Source: Anthoceros angustus (Eukaryota > Plantae > Anthocerotophyta). Taken from it: DNA of 64,000 bases. Both the position numbers and the translations under genes were made by a program. The notes under the pieces were generated by a model. It saw only the letters and a program-made list of their open reading frames with translations. It had not been told where the DNA came from and made no database searches. Location of the stretch: assembly GCA_010909165.1 (NCBI GenBank), contig VJWM01000126.1, forward strand, positions 620,001-684,000. The letters run 5' to 3'. The stretch's first letter is position 1, and each line of letters begins with the position of its first letter. Of this stretch, positions 13,573 through 27,871 are shown piece by piece.

Positions 13573-15152
13573 ATCCGCCTTGTCCTCCCCTCCTCCCGCA
13601 CGCCAGGCTCGCAGCAACTCGGGAGTCGCGTTCTGCATGTGGGCTGCTTGTCCGCCAAATCCAAATCCCGGTCCAAAATGCTGGCCCGCCACCATCCAGG
13701 TACCATTTGCACTCTCCCTCAAACCCGCACTCTCTCTCAACCCATGTCTGTGTATGTACATATCACACTGTGTTCATCCCATCTCTATGCATGTCCAGAT
13801 CACGCTCACACCCGGACCTCGACTCCCTTCCATGCCCTTGTGCTTCGAGACTAACCCGATTCCCACCATACATTATCTTCCTCCTCACCCCTGCCAAACC
13901 TGTCAGCTAATTGACATGACTCCCAAAGTATTCAACCCAAGAAGGATCCAACCCCAAAGTACAATACCTAATCTCAATTCCCAAAATGATGCAGCTCAGG
14001 AACAGTGACTCCACCAACAACAACATGGGTAACAGTAACTTGCTAGTTTAATGTTCAGGAAACTGTGTTACGCGTGTGTTACAGGAGCGCTGATAAACCT
14101 GTCCCAGCTCCCAACGACTCTCACACAGTGGTGGTGACGAGGCAAAATGCGGATTAGATGCGGATGAGATGCCCTTTCAAATCGTCCAAAGTACCACACC
14201 TACAGTGTGGGTGCAACAGGACAGAAATGCGGGCGTCGAAAGACTCGAAAACCTAAGAAGTGGGCCAGACTCATATCCTGGTGCAGGCAATGGGATATCA
14301 AAATTAATGGTGCGAAATCCCGGATTAGGATGTGGATTAGGGGACATGGGATTGAAGGGACAGCCGCGGCGGCCAATCATGGAGCACGTTGGCCTGGGTG
14401 GCATTCGGTGGCAAGGCATCCCGCGGGAATGTGCTGTTTAGAGAAGGTGAACTTTACCAAATCGGGGTCTGCGAGGCTGCGCCCCCCATGCCGACATGAC
14501 CTTCTGCCCGTGTCTATATAGGTATACATGTGTACAGAGGAGCTACATGGAGGAATCGAAGATAGAGGCCATGAACTGTCTACATATATGTGTGTAGATG
14601 TATGCAGGGTAGCGCAGCCGTGTAAATCGAAGCAGCAACTTCCCCGCGACTTTCTCCCGGGTGTGCCGTCCCCTTTATATTCCGCCTGCGACCCGATTCG
14701 GGCTTTTCGGCGTACGCGTTTGCGGTGTGCGACAGCGGCAGCGGCAGAGGCACGGACGGTCAGGAGGCTTCTGGTTTCCGACACAGCTCTGCCGGCGAAG
14801 TGCGAAGCTGCGCCTGGAGAGGAGCTGCGTTTGCGGGAGGTGCAGCAAGCTGGTGGCAGAAGCCGCTGCTGCTCGGCGGCTTGGTGCGCAGCCGTTTGAG
14901 GCTGCAGATCCGTTCGCGGATCGTGGTTCGCAGATCGTGAGTGATGCGGTGTCGGTGGAAAGCAATTGGAGTGCAGAATCTTCGCAGTAAGGATCGTCGC
15001 AGTAAAGGTCGAGGTCACTGGTGGTGCGTGGTTGGGCGAGCTCCTGTCCCTATTGTGTGACGGAATTGAGCGGAGGGAGAGAGCTTGTCTCCTGCATTTC
15101 TATCGCTCTGAAGGTCAGTCTGCCTGCGGCGGGTCTGGACTTTGTCACTGGA

Positions 15153-17856
<2,704 letters not shown>

Positions 17857-18340
17857 GGCGGTTTCTGGAAGTTTTAATGCCATGGTGGTCACAACGGTTT
17901 GGAGGAAGGCTTCTGCTTGATTGATGCGGAGGTCCGAAGTTGCGGAGTTACAAGCTGATAACTATCGTCGTCTGCCAGATGGCATACCCTGTACTTGTAT
18001 TCGGCATTATTTAGGGTCTACACCTGTTACCCCCTTAATCCGGGACCAGGGTGCGAGAACTCTCGAAGTGTAAATTTAATATGTACACCTATTCAATCTG
18101 TACCGGTTACAGTTCGCTCGATACAAACTGTGCCTACTCCCTGCTATGAATTTGAGCAGTTCACCGGGCGCACTTGTCGGAAGTGCGGCAGCCTGCGTAG
18201 GAAAAGCAACAAATGATTCTTCGTTCGTCAGTGTTTGAAGCGCAGCGGGCTGAAACCAATGCAAGGAACGGGAGATCGTGTGGCTCATCAGGCCAGATTC
18301 CGGGTTAACTCCATGGATTCTGCATGTGCTTGTGCGGATC

Positions 18341-21300
18341 ATGGCTGGCTGGCGGGTTGCACTTCATTCACACTTGGGGCGACATGGCCATGTGCAGCAG
18401 AAGCGTTTCTGGAGCGAACAAAGACGAATTGGCGGGATGAGAGGTTTTGCCGAAAGGGGCCTGACCTCCAAGTCCACATGGTGCTTGCCGGATGAGGATG
18501 ATCCTGACCCTCGCAGGCCTGCAGGATACGGAAGGAGCGTCACGACCGAAACCGTGAGCAGACTATGTGAACAGGGCCAGCTCAGTGAGGCTGTTGAATC
18601 TCTGCGTCTCCTGGTGCACACGAACTGTCGGATATCCCAGTCTCTCTTTTACACTGTTCTCAAACAATGTGTGGCTAAGAAGGACCTGGCTCTGGGGCGC
18701 CGTGTTCATGATCTGAGTGTGAAAAAGGGGTATGAGTCGGACACCTTCTTGTGCAACCATATCTTGCGGATGTATGCTTCTCATGGCAGGTTGCAGGAAG
18801 CCATGGATGTATTCAACATGGTTGCCAAACCGGATACCTTCACTTGGTCTTCCATAATTTCTGTGCATGCCAAGCATGGACAGGCTAGAGAGGCCATAAA
18901 ACTGTATCATGAGATGCGCAGGTCGAGTGTGAAGGCGGATGGGCATGTGTTTATCGGAGCTCTGCAGGCCTGTGCAAGGGCAGCAGACTTGGGGACTGGA
19001 CGGCAGGTGCATGCCGATTTGCTGGCCAGTGGAGTGGAGCCTGATTTGTTTGTTTGTAGTTGCTTGGTGGACATGTATGCAAAGTGTGGGAGCCTGAAGG
19101 ATGCCCAGGGCGTGTTTGACGAACTTGGTGAGAAAGATGTGGTGACATGGACTGCTCTGATTGCAGGCTATTCGCAGGAGGGTAAGGGTCAGGAAGCACT
19201 TCGCCTGTTCGACGCTATGCAAGAAGAAGGCATTGCTGCCCCCAATTCTGTGACATTTGTGTGCCTTCTGCAGGCATGCGCAAGTGTGGGTCCCTTGGCT
19301 TTGGAGAAAGGGAAGCAACTTCATGTGCAGATAGGAGAACGGGGCCTTCAAGATGATGTGTTTGTGGCCAATAGCTTGGTAAACATGTACGCAAAGTGTG
19401 GGAGCTTACAGGATGCTCAGGGCGTGTTTGACAGACTTGCCCAGAAAGATGTGGTGACATGGAATGTCATGATAGCTGGATATTCTCAGCAGGGCATGGG
19501 CCCAGAAGCTCTTCGCCTTTACAGAACGATGCGAAAGGAGGGTAACACTGCTCCCGATTCTGTGACCTTCTTGAGCCTCCTGCAGGCATGTGCAAGTATT
19601 GGTGCTCCTGTTTTGGAGAAGGGTAAGCAGCTTCATGCTGAGATTCGAGGAGGAGGGCTTCATGTTGATATATTTGTAGCTAGCAGTTTGGTTCACATGT
19701 ATGCAAAGTGTGGCAGCTTAGAGGATGCTCAGGGAGTATTCGATGGACTTGATCACAAGACTGTGGTGACGTGGAATGCCATGATAGCAGGATATTCCCA
19801 GCAGGGTATGGGTCAGAAAGCCTTGGATCTTTACAGTGCTATGCAACAAGAAGGCACTGCTTTGCCCGATTCTGTGACATTTCTGTGCCTTCTGCAGGCA
19901 TGTGCAAGTGTGGGAACCTCTGGTTTGGAGCAGGGGAAGCAGCTTCATGCCCAGATTGGAGAGCAAGGTCTTCTGGCTGATGTGTTTGTGTCTAGCAGTT
20001 TGGTCAACATGTATGCAAAGTGTGGTAGTCTAGAGGACGCTCGTGCTGCGTTTGACAGGCTTGTTTGGAAAGATGTGGTGACGTGGAATGCTATGATAGG
20101 AGGATATTCGCAGCAAGGCATGGGTCAGGAAGCCCTGGATCTTTATGGTGCCATGCAGGAAGAAGGTGTTGCTGTACCTGATTCTGTGACATTTGCATGC
20201 CTCTTGCAGGCATGTGCAAGTGTAGGCGCCTCAGCTTTGGATAAGGGGAAGCAGCTTCATGCTGAAATTGAAGTCCAAGGTCTTGAAGGTGATGTGTTTG
20301 TAGCAAACAGCTTGGTGAACATGTACGCTAAGTGTGGCAGCCTGCTGGAAGCGAAGAGGGTGTTTGACAGACTTGCTCAAAAAGATGTTGTGACGTGGAA
20401 TGCCTTGATAGCGGGATATTCGCAGCAGGGCATGGGGCAGGAAGCCCTTAATCTTTATAATGATATGCAAGAAGACGGCACTCCAGCACCCGATGCAGTG
20501 ACATTTTTGTGCCTCCTGCAAAGTTGTGCAAATGTGGCAGCGTTGCACTGGGGTAAGCAGCTACATGCTGACATTGAAAAACAAGGGCTTCAAGCTGACC
20601 TTTTTGTCGCAATCGGTTTGATAAACATGTACGCAAAGTCTGGGAGCATGGTTGATGCACAAAAAGTGTTTGACGCTTTGTTGGAAAGGGACGTTGTTGC
20701 CTGGAATGCACTGATTGCAGGATACTCCCGTCAAGGAGACAGTCAAGTGGTGCTTGACTTGTTTCGCAGAATGAAAGAGGATGGCACACAGCCGAACGGC
20801 ATTACCTTCCTCAGCGTTCTGACAGTGTGCAGTCATGCGGGGCTGGTGGACATTGGGCAAGAGTACTTCGAAGCTATGAGGAGAGACCATGTCATTACTC
20901 CCACCACTGAGCACTACACATGCATGGTGGATCTTCTGGGTCGGGCAGGCCAACTCGATGAGGCACTCGCAATGGTAAAGACAATGCCTGAGCTGCCTGA
21001 TGCTGCAGTTTGGCATGCTCTGTTGGGTGCTTGTTGTAAGTGGAGCAACGTAGAGGTGGGACGCCATGCGTTTGATGAAGCGGTGAAGCTGGATGAAACA
21101 AATGCTGCAGTGTATGTATCTATGTCAAACATTTACAGCGGTGCCCAGATGGGGGAGGAGGCAGATCAGATGCATGCAAGGAGAAAGGGAATTGGGGCAT
21201 GGAAGCAGCCAGGCCAGAGCTGGTGGACGGACATGGACGGACTCGTGCACACTTTTCTGGTTGGGGATATACAGCATCCCGAGAGTGATGGTATATATGC

Positions 21301-21385
21301 AAGATTGAGATACCTTGTTCCCAAAATGAAGAAAGAAGGGTATGTGCCATGTCTGGATTCCTCGCAGGGCTTCATACTTCGATGA
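18341..21385 (+). CDS. Intronless PLS-class PPR protein (23 repeats) with E1-E2 and a WW-type PG box; DYW truncated (E+ type)
   Basis: Likely ATG at 18341 (MAGWRVALH). L-S-P triplets, then WKQPGQSWWTDMDGLVHTFLVGD..HP...GYVP, then a stop before any HxE motif. Confidence 0.9.
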   Translation: MAGWRVALHSHLGRHGHVQQKRFWSEQRRIGGMRGFAERGLTSKSTWCLPDEDDPDPRRPAGYGRSVTTETVSRLCEQGQLSEAVESLRLLVHTNCRISQSLFYTVLKQCVAKKDLALGRRVHDLSVKKGYESDTFLCNHILRMYASHGRLQEAMDVFNMVAKPDTFTWSSIISVHAKHGQAREAIKLYHEMRRSSVKADGHVFIGALQACARAADLGTGRQVHADLLASGVEPDLFVCSCLVDMYAKCGSLKDAQGVFDELGEKDVVTWTALIAGYSQEGKGQEALRLFDAMQEEGIAAPNSVTFVCLLQACASVGPLALEKGKQLHVQIGERGLQDDVFVANSLVNMYAKCGSLQDAQGVFDRLAQKDVVTWNVMIAGYSQQGMGPEALRLYRTMRKEGNTAPDSVTFLSLLQACASIGAPVLEKGKQLHAEIRGGGLHVDIFVASSLVHMYAKCGSLEDAQGVFDGLDHKTVVTWNAMIAGYSQQGMGQKALDLYSAMQQEGTALPDSVTFLCLLQACASVGTSGLEQGKQLHAQIGEQGLLADVFVSSSLVNMYAKCGSLEDARAAFDRLVWKDVVTWNAMIGGYSQQGMGQEALDLYGAMQEEGVAVPDSVTFACLLQACASVGASALDKGKQLHAEIEVQGLEGDVFVANSLVNMYAKCGSLLEAKRVFDRLAQKDVVTWNALIAGYSQQGMGQEALNLYNDMQEDGTPAPDAVTFLCLLQSCANVAALHWGKQLHADIEKQGLQADLFVAIGLINMYAKSGSMVDAQKVFDALLERDVVAWNALIAGYSRQGDSQVVLDLFRRMKEDGTQPNGITFLSVLTVCSHAGLVDIGQEYFEAMRRDHVITPTTEHYTCMVDLLGRAGQLDEALAMVKTMPELPDAAVWHALLGACCKWSNVEVGRHAFDEAVKLDETNAAVYVSMSNIYSGAQMGEEADQMHARRKGIGAWKQPGQSWWTDMDGLVHTFLVGDIQHPESDGIYARLRYLVPKMKKEGYVPCLDSSQGFILR

Positions 21386-22407
21386 GGATATAGATGGTCA
21401 TGAGTGGGGGCAAAGGTAGAAGCCGAAGATGTGCCAGGTGAGCAGGAACTTGGCAGAGATGATGAGCAGGTGCAATGCAGGGGCAGGTGCACGGGGCGGC
21501 AATGTGCTGATTCGTGAAGATTGTGGCTCGGGAAGTCCCTCTGTGCTGTCGATTTGAGGATCTGCTTTGAAGTATTCAACTAAACTGCAACGGTTCAACC
21601 TTTTGTAGTTTCGTTCTGAAATTGAAGTTAGAATGGGTACAGTTGCGAGATCTTCAAATTCTTGTGTCAGCAGCAGCCGGAGGCTGGAGCTGGATGGAGC
21701 TTTTGGGGTGAAGTCGCAGTACCCTCGTACAACGAAGTTGGTCTCGGCTATTGCGTTCTGCCGCAAGTTGTGGAACTATCTCCGAAGAAGAGCTACGTGA
21801 GACACGAGAAAGGCGATGGTCGCCATGCCCCATGTCCCCCGCCGGCAGTCGGTGGTCGCCAACGTGGGACCTGAGTGAGGAACATGGCCCCATGGGCGCG
21901 CCGCATCGACGTGGGGCCATCGCCTTTAGAACGTGTATGAGAAGAATTTGTAGAGGTGGATGCAAGCGAAACCTCGTGGTGTTGGGGTAGCTAATCGATC
22001 TGACGAATGCCATAACACTATGTACCTTTATGGGGTCGACAAGCCCTTGGATGGAATGCCAATTTTGCTCGCACGTAGCTATCTTTGGGAAAATCCAATG
22101 TCCACACTCAGCACCCGCGCACATAGCCTAGCGCGGGCGGGTTCCATGCGCTGTGGCATCCCAGGTACATAATACAACGACAATGCCTGCTTCGTACAGC
22201 GCCGTGTCCTAAAACAGATCAGCAGACCAGGCTTTGTTCAGCGTTGGGTATCGGAACAGGCCATGCAGGCCAGATTTCACACAGCATCGGCACAGGCCAG
22301 ACTTTGCTGAGCGTTGTGTGCTGGAACGGGCCATGCATGCAGTGGTAGAACAGGCCGTGCAGGCAAGACTCCATCAACAGGAAGGAGATCTGGGCAATTG
22401 TTGATGG

Positions 22408-22524
22408 GATCTTGCCGCAAGGATCTGATCTGATCTTGCCGCAAGGATCTGACCTGATCTTGCCGCAAGGATCTGACCTGATCTTGACGCAAGGATCTGA
22501 CCTGATCTTGACGCAAGGAGATCT
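22408..22524. repeat. 24-bp tandem repeat x5
   Basis: Unit gatcttgccgcaaggatctgacct at 22408, 22432, 22456, 22480 and 22504. Confidence 0.9.
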
Positions 22525-23046
22525 CATCTCATCTCATCTTGACGACAGGATCGTCTCATCAGATCACATCTCATCAGCTTTGCGTCGGGGTGCCGTTTGT
22601 GCGCACCAGGAGCAGGTGATGCAGCGAGTTGCGGAACTGGAGTCTGAGGTAGAGTTCTTGAAGTAGCGATCGGAGGAGGTGAGTGATGACTTCTGGACTT
22701 CAGCCAGAATGACGCTGCATGGCATGGAATGAAGATGCTTCAACTCGAAAGATCTAGAGAAGGTGAAGTGAACTTGGGCTTCCTTTCGTCAAGTGCACAC
22801 CAGGTGGTGGATCGGGATCCGGATCCGGAGGGGGTGTCGTTTCCATTTACATACTCCCTGTTAACAGGAACAGAAACACGAACAGGAACAAGAACAGGAA
22901 CGAACGGTTGCCTCTAGCTAGCATGCAGCAAGCCTGGGCACAGCGCATGCATGCTACTCGCTGGAACAGCACAACGGCTGCCTAGAGCATTACTCCTTGC
23001 AACAAACAACAACCCGGAGCAACGTACGGGCGGGCACTCCATTTAA

Positions 23047-25503
23047 ATGGGCTCACAGTCCAGTCTTGGATGTCGGCAATGCATGCGCAGCAAGCCTGGG
23101 CAGCGCCCCCCAGCAAGAGCGATGGACCACCTGCGCATGGACGCCTCAAGCTCGAGCCCAAGCTCAAGCTCAAGCGGCGAGGATGAGCAGGAGAGGGAAT
23201 TCGAAGCTGCAGCCAGAGCGGACCTCAAGTCCGGGCTGCGGGTGGTCCCCAATGGCGACGGCACCTATCGCTGCCCATTCTGTGACACCAAGAAGAAGCA
23301 GGCGCTCAAGTACAAGGAGCTCTACGACCACGCCAAGGGCGTGGCGACCGGGGTGGGCACCAGGGGCACCGACGCGGGAGGCCAGCACCGCGCGCTCTTC
23401 AAATTCCTGCACCGGGAGCTGAGGCAGCACGCGGCGCCCATAGCCCCCCGGGTGGTGAAACTCCTGCAGGCTGCGCCCAAGCGGGTGCGGGCGGAGAACC
23501 TGGTGGTGCACCCCTTGGTGGGGCTCATCGTCAATCTCAACACCGTGGGGCCTGATGGGCGGAGACTGGATCCCGACACCGGGGAGCTCAGGGAGCAGTT
23601 TTCGCATTTCCACCCCGAGCAGGTGGAGACCTTCTCTGCGTACAACGGGCCGCAGGGGGTGGCCGCGCTCATCTTCGGCCGGGGCATGGAGGCGTACAGG
23701 AATTGGCGCTCGTTTGAGGAGAGCTTCCAGGCCGTGCAGCGGGGGCGGAGTGACTGGGAGCGGTGTAAGGCGAGCGGGCAGGAAGGGACGGAGCTCTACG
23801 GCTGGGTGGCTGTGGAAGAGGACTACTACGACGCGGGGAAGGCGGGCCTGTTTCTGCGCACCAAGCATTGTCTCAAGACTATGGGTGAGCTGGTGGAGGA
23901 GATGATGGACACCAAGCAGCTGCAGGGGCTGCTGGACCGGCAGAGGGAGATGCTGTCCAGGGCGGACACCGAGAATTCCAGACTCTCGAGTAGCGTCCTG
24001 GTCGCGGTGGAGGCTGAGGTGGAGGCTCAGTTGGAGATGCGGTTGCTGGAAGTGAAGAGTCGGGAAGGTGGGTTTCGTTTGCGTGGGTGCCATCTTCCGG
24101 GGGTGGCCAGTAACGTTGTGGGTTTTGTTTTTGTGGCAGAGCGGGCAGCCTTGACAGCTGAGCTGCAAGGGGTAAGAGCTGAGCTGCAAGAGGTGCACCG
24201 TCAGCAGGTGATACAGCGAGCTTCGGAACTGAAGGAGTCGGAGGAGAGACTGAAGGCCCTAGAAGAAGAGAAGGACGGCGCATTGGAAATGGTTGACGCC
24301 TTGACTGTGGCCCATCGTCAGGCAGCAGACCAACTGTCTGATGCGAAAAAAGTAGCGGAGCAGGCGAAGATGGAGGCCGAGTTGCAGATGCGGTTGCTGG
24401 AACAGAAGCATGGGGAAGGTGGATTTCCGTCAGTGCATGTTTGGCATTTTTCGTGCCTCCGGTTGCGGGGGGTGGCCAGTAACGTTGTGGATTGCATTAT
24501 GCGGCAGAGCGGGAAGCCTTAAGAGCTGAGCTGCAAGAGGTGCGCCGTCAGCAGGTGAGGCACCGAGCTGCGGACCGTCAGCAGGTGAGTCAGCAAGCTG
24601 CGGAACTGGAGCAGTTGGAGGAGAAACTGAATGACCTTGAAGAAGAGAAGGACGGCGCATTGGAAATGGTTAACGGCTTGACTGTGGCCCATCGTCAGGC
24701 AGTAGACGAACTGTCTGATGCCAAGAACGAAGCAGTGAAGGTACTAACACCATTGATGCCTGTCTGTTAGATTTAAATGTGAGGCTGCTTTTTTCCTTTT
24801 GCTTGGCCTCTGGTGTGAGCGTCTTCCGACTTTGTTGTATAGGTGCTTCAAGCTGTTGACCAGGGTATCAAGGCGGGTATTGGGGTCAAGAGGTATGGTG
24901 AGATCGACGAGAGCTGCTGGGAGGATGTAGGTGACGCCTATTTCAACCACCATCCAGACTGGCAAGCTAAACTTGCAAAAATAAAATCAGAATGGGATAA
25001 CAAGATAAAGAAGCACGACTGGACGCCGTTCAAGAAGGTCTATCTCGACAAGGAGCTAACGGAGGTGAGGATCTCATTTGTTTCACTCCCTTCCCTGACA
25101 AAGGGAACACTGCTAGCGAGCTGAGTGGATATCCTGCTGTGACTCTGTCCCATCATGCCTGCAGTGGAGAGAGGAAATAGACCCGAACGATCCCCTCTTG
25201 AAGCAGCTGAGGGCTCAATTCGGTGACAAGCCGTACGATGGGATTACCACTGCATTGAAGGAAATCCAGGCCCACAATGCCAGCGGTCGGTTCCCGGTGC
25301 TAGCTCCTTGGAACTATGCTGCAGAGCCAACAGGCCGGGCAGCAACTCTACGAGAGGTCGTTCAGCACTTGGGAGAGATGATCGAAACAGCCAAGGCCGA
25401 CAACAAGAACTTGCAGACCAAAGTCACAAAGCTTGAGGGTACTTGTAGCAGTGGAAACAAGGGTTGCACAGGTAAGAGGAAGAAGACTAGGGCTACATCC
25501 TAG
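23047..25503 (+). CDS. zf-XS/XS/coiled-coil/XH protein (IDN2/FDM family, RNA-directed DNA methylation)
   Basis: YRCPFC...HAKG...H (zf-XS); HPLVGLIVN...ELYGWVAVEEDY (XS); IGVKRYGEID...W.PFK...ALKEI..HNASGRFPV..PWNY (XH). The start may be 23047 or a downstream Met. Confidence 0.88.
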
Positions 25504-25840
25504 ACTCGTAGACGGCAGGAAGGTCTACGAATTTTGTATCGAATACACTGGAGAAGCTTCTCAGAAAGGACCTCCCCAGGATCGCTGCCTTCAGGCAGGC
25601 ATTTTTGGTAGTGATTCCGCATTTTGCCTTCAGACAGTTGCGCTTTTGCCTTCAGACCTTCAGACAGTTTTTTCCTGTCTCGTTGCCCCTGGGCAGCGAT
25701 ACGCGCCAGACCAAAGAGACAAAGGAGTAATGCGCAATCTTAATGCCCAAGAGTAGGTTTCATGCCATGCTGTTCAGGCGTGTAATCGTCACGACTGCAT
25801 GCAAACAAGCTAATGCTTTGCCAGATCATTGCAAGCAGTC

Positions 25841-26250
25841 TGCCACAGCCAGATATCAGGGCCCTCCATATCACCACATCCTTTGTTGACCCGGCGTGCA
25901 GCTTCTAGTTCGCCACATTTTGCAAACATGCCAGATTCCAAGTCGGTGGCAAATAAGCTTGAAGGGCAGCTGTAAAGACGTGAGCATCCGCCTTCGCACC
26001 TTGCGTACCCTGGTGAACACATCCATGCCCTCCTATAGCCTACCTCCACATGCATACATGCGCAAGAGACGGAGAGAAAGGGGAAGCAATTCCAGGGCTC
26101 CTACGCCTGCTCCCGCTCCTTTCGACTGACCATCGCTGGAAAATCCTTCACACACTTTCTCGAAAGTTCTAGTGCTGGGTTGCTTACACTGCTCCACCTG
26201 GAGAGTTGATTGTTTCCCACCGGTTAACTCCTTCAACAGCCTCCTCACCG
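25841..26250 (-). pseudogene. Relic of the 5' part of a PLS-PPR gene
   Basis: Fragments LLRMYACGGRL*EGMDVF, AKADAHVFTAALQA, MFAKCGELEAARRV and TKDVVIWRALISG match the N-terminal motifs of the PPR at 18341 but carry deletions and stops. Confidence 0.7.
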
Positions 26251-26632
26251 AGATGTGCGTTCTGCTTATGTACAGAGACTACATGGCTTTAGTCTACTTT
26301 CAGCCTCCGGAAGACTGCTTCACCAAGTGATGCGATCCACTACCTAATAAGTCAGTGACGACCTTCAGGCTGGCCAGGGCTCACACACATAATAGAGACA
26401 GTTCTTGCATCCTTGTGTGGAGCATGGCAATAGAGTCACGCAAAGGGCAGCAGGACAGGACTGCTTGTGGGTATCATTTTTGTGGACCTCATAGATGTGG
26501 GTCTCAACAGGGTGGTTTTATTGGTGTTGACATACTTCAATAAATGGGGGAAAACTAGGTGAAATGTACATAGGGAAGCTCTACACCAGAGATGTTGGTC
26601 ACCTACATATAACTATTAGTAGGTGAATATTT

Positions 26633-27688
26633 TCACGAGAGATGAACGGCGGCAATCATAGGAATTTTCTCCCGAAGCTTCTGAGTGACGGCCACACGCA
26701 CCGTCATTACACCAGCCGCAGGTCCATCTATCTGTATTTTCACCACAGGACCGTCGATCTTCACCAGCCTTAGTGTGCCCCCACCAGTGCCAGCCAAATA
26801 AGGTCTTATTTCCGAAAGAACCTACAGCAGCAGACAGATAAATTAGTAGCCCAACAACGACCGGCAGCAGCCGACGGTGAACAACAGCAAAATTTAACTG
26901 CAGCTGCCAGCAGGTGCTCCAGAGCTACGAGCAGAGCGGCTTACCTTCTCAACGTTCTCCTCGTTCAGAGCCAGCCCTGTCTCCTCATCCATCACCTGTT
27001 CCACACCTACAATTTCTGGAATCGCCTCTATAAGCCGCCTCTCAATCCCCATCCTCATAGTCGTGAGCGAGCTTGGACAGGACCCGCACGCGCCCTCAAG
27101 CTTGAGCCTCACAACGAGGCCATCGATTTCATGCAAGGCAACATTTCCTCCATCCGCCATGAGATAAGGCCGCACTTCGTCCAGCACTTTCTCTACATTC
27201 TCCTCTGTGAGCTCTAACCCTATAACAGGGATCTGTGGCGTTGCCACAGCCTGAACAACTGCACTGCATAAAACCCAGCGTCAACAGACTTTCTCAAGTT
27301 CTTGACAATCCCTCCTCCCCTCTCGAAACACCTCATTGTGTCAATGCAACGATCCAGCAACAAGCTGATAATCATAAACAAACAGGCAACCAAATTCCAC
27401 CACAATTACATCACCACCTCCAAACTGACCTAACTCTCTGCCTCTGGCTTTGGCTCTGGCTCTGGCTCCGGCCCCGGATCTCTCCCCCAATACACGCACC
27501 GATTTTCTTCTCCCCGTCGACGAAGACAGCTGCACCGCACTGCCTGCACCGGCCGCGCGGGAGCAGCATATTGTCGCGGAGTGAGACGAAGAAGATGCCG
27601 ATTCCGCTGCTGAAGCGGAGGTCGACACAGACGGCTTGGAGGAAAGGCGATGCAGGGAGGAGGAACAGCCTTGCAGCATGGTCGCCAT
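26633..27688 (-). CDS. NFU2: Plastid NifU-like Fe-S carrier, NFU2/NFU3 type (3 exons)
   Basis: Ser-rich transit peptide; [24 protein letters not shown]...GACGSCPSS; second degenerate NFU domain [15 protein letters not shown]...[10 protein letters not shown]. Confidence 0.92.
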
Positions 27689-27800
27689 GGCTGGCAACTC
27701 TGCGGCCCGAGACCTATGCGCCAAAACGCTAGGCTCTTGAAGCTTCACGATCCAATCCACCACCTCAATTGCGCACAATCGGAAGCCCTAGCCTCGAAGT

Positions 27801-27871
27801 GCGTCCCCAACAAGACTGGAGAGTCCCCTCCAACAAGACTGGAGAGTCCCCTCCAGTCTTGTAGGGGACGC
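27801..27871. repeat. About 20-bp inverted repeat enclosing a 23-bp direct repeat, upstream of NFU
   Basis: gcgtccccaacaagactgga ... tccagtcttgtaggggacgc (19/20 complementary); ccaacaagactggagagtcccct occurs twice. Confidence 0.8.

Noticed and set aside
23170-24198. 342-aa minus-strand ORF
   Set aside because: Antisense shadow of the GC-rich XS exon; the same holds for the long antisense ORFs over the PPR, BTB and CDKG genes.
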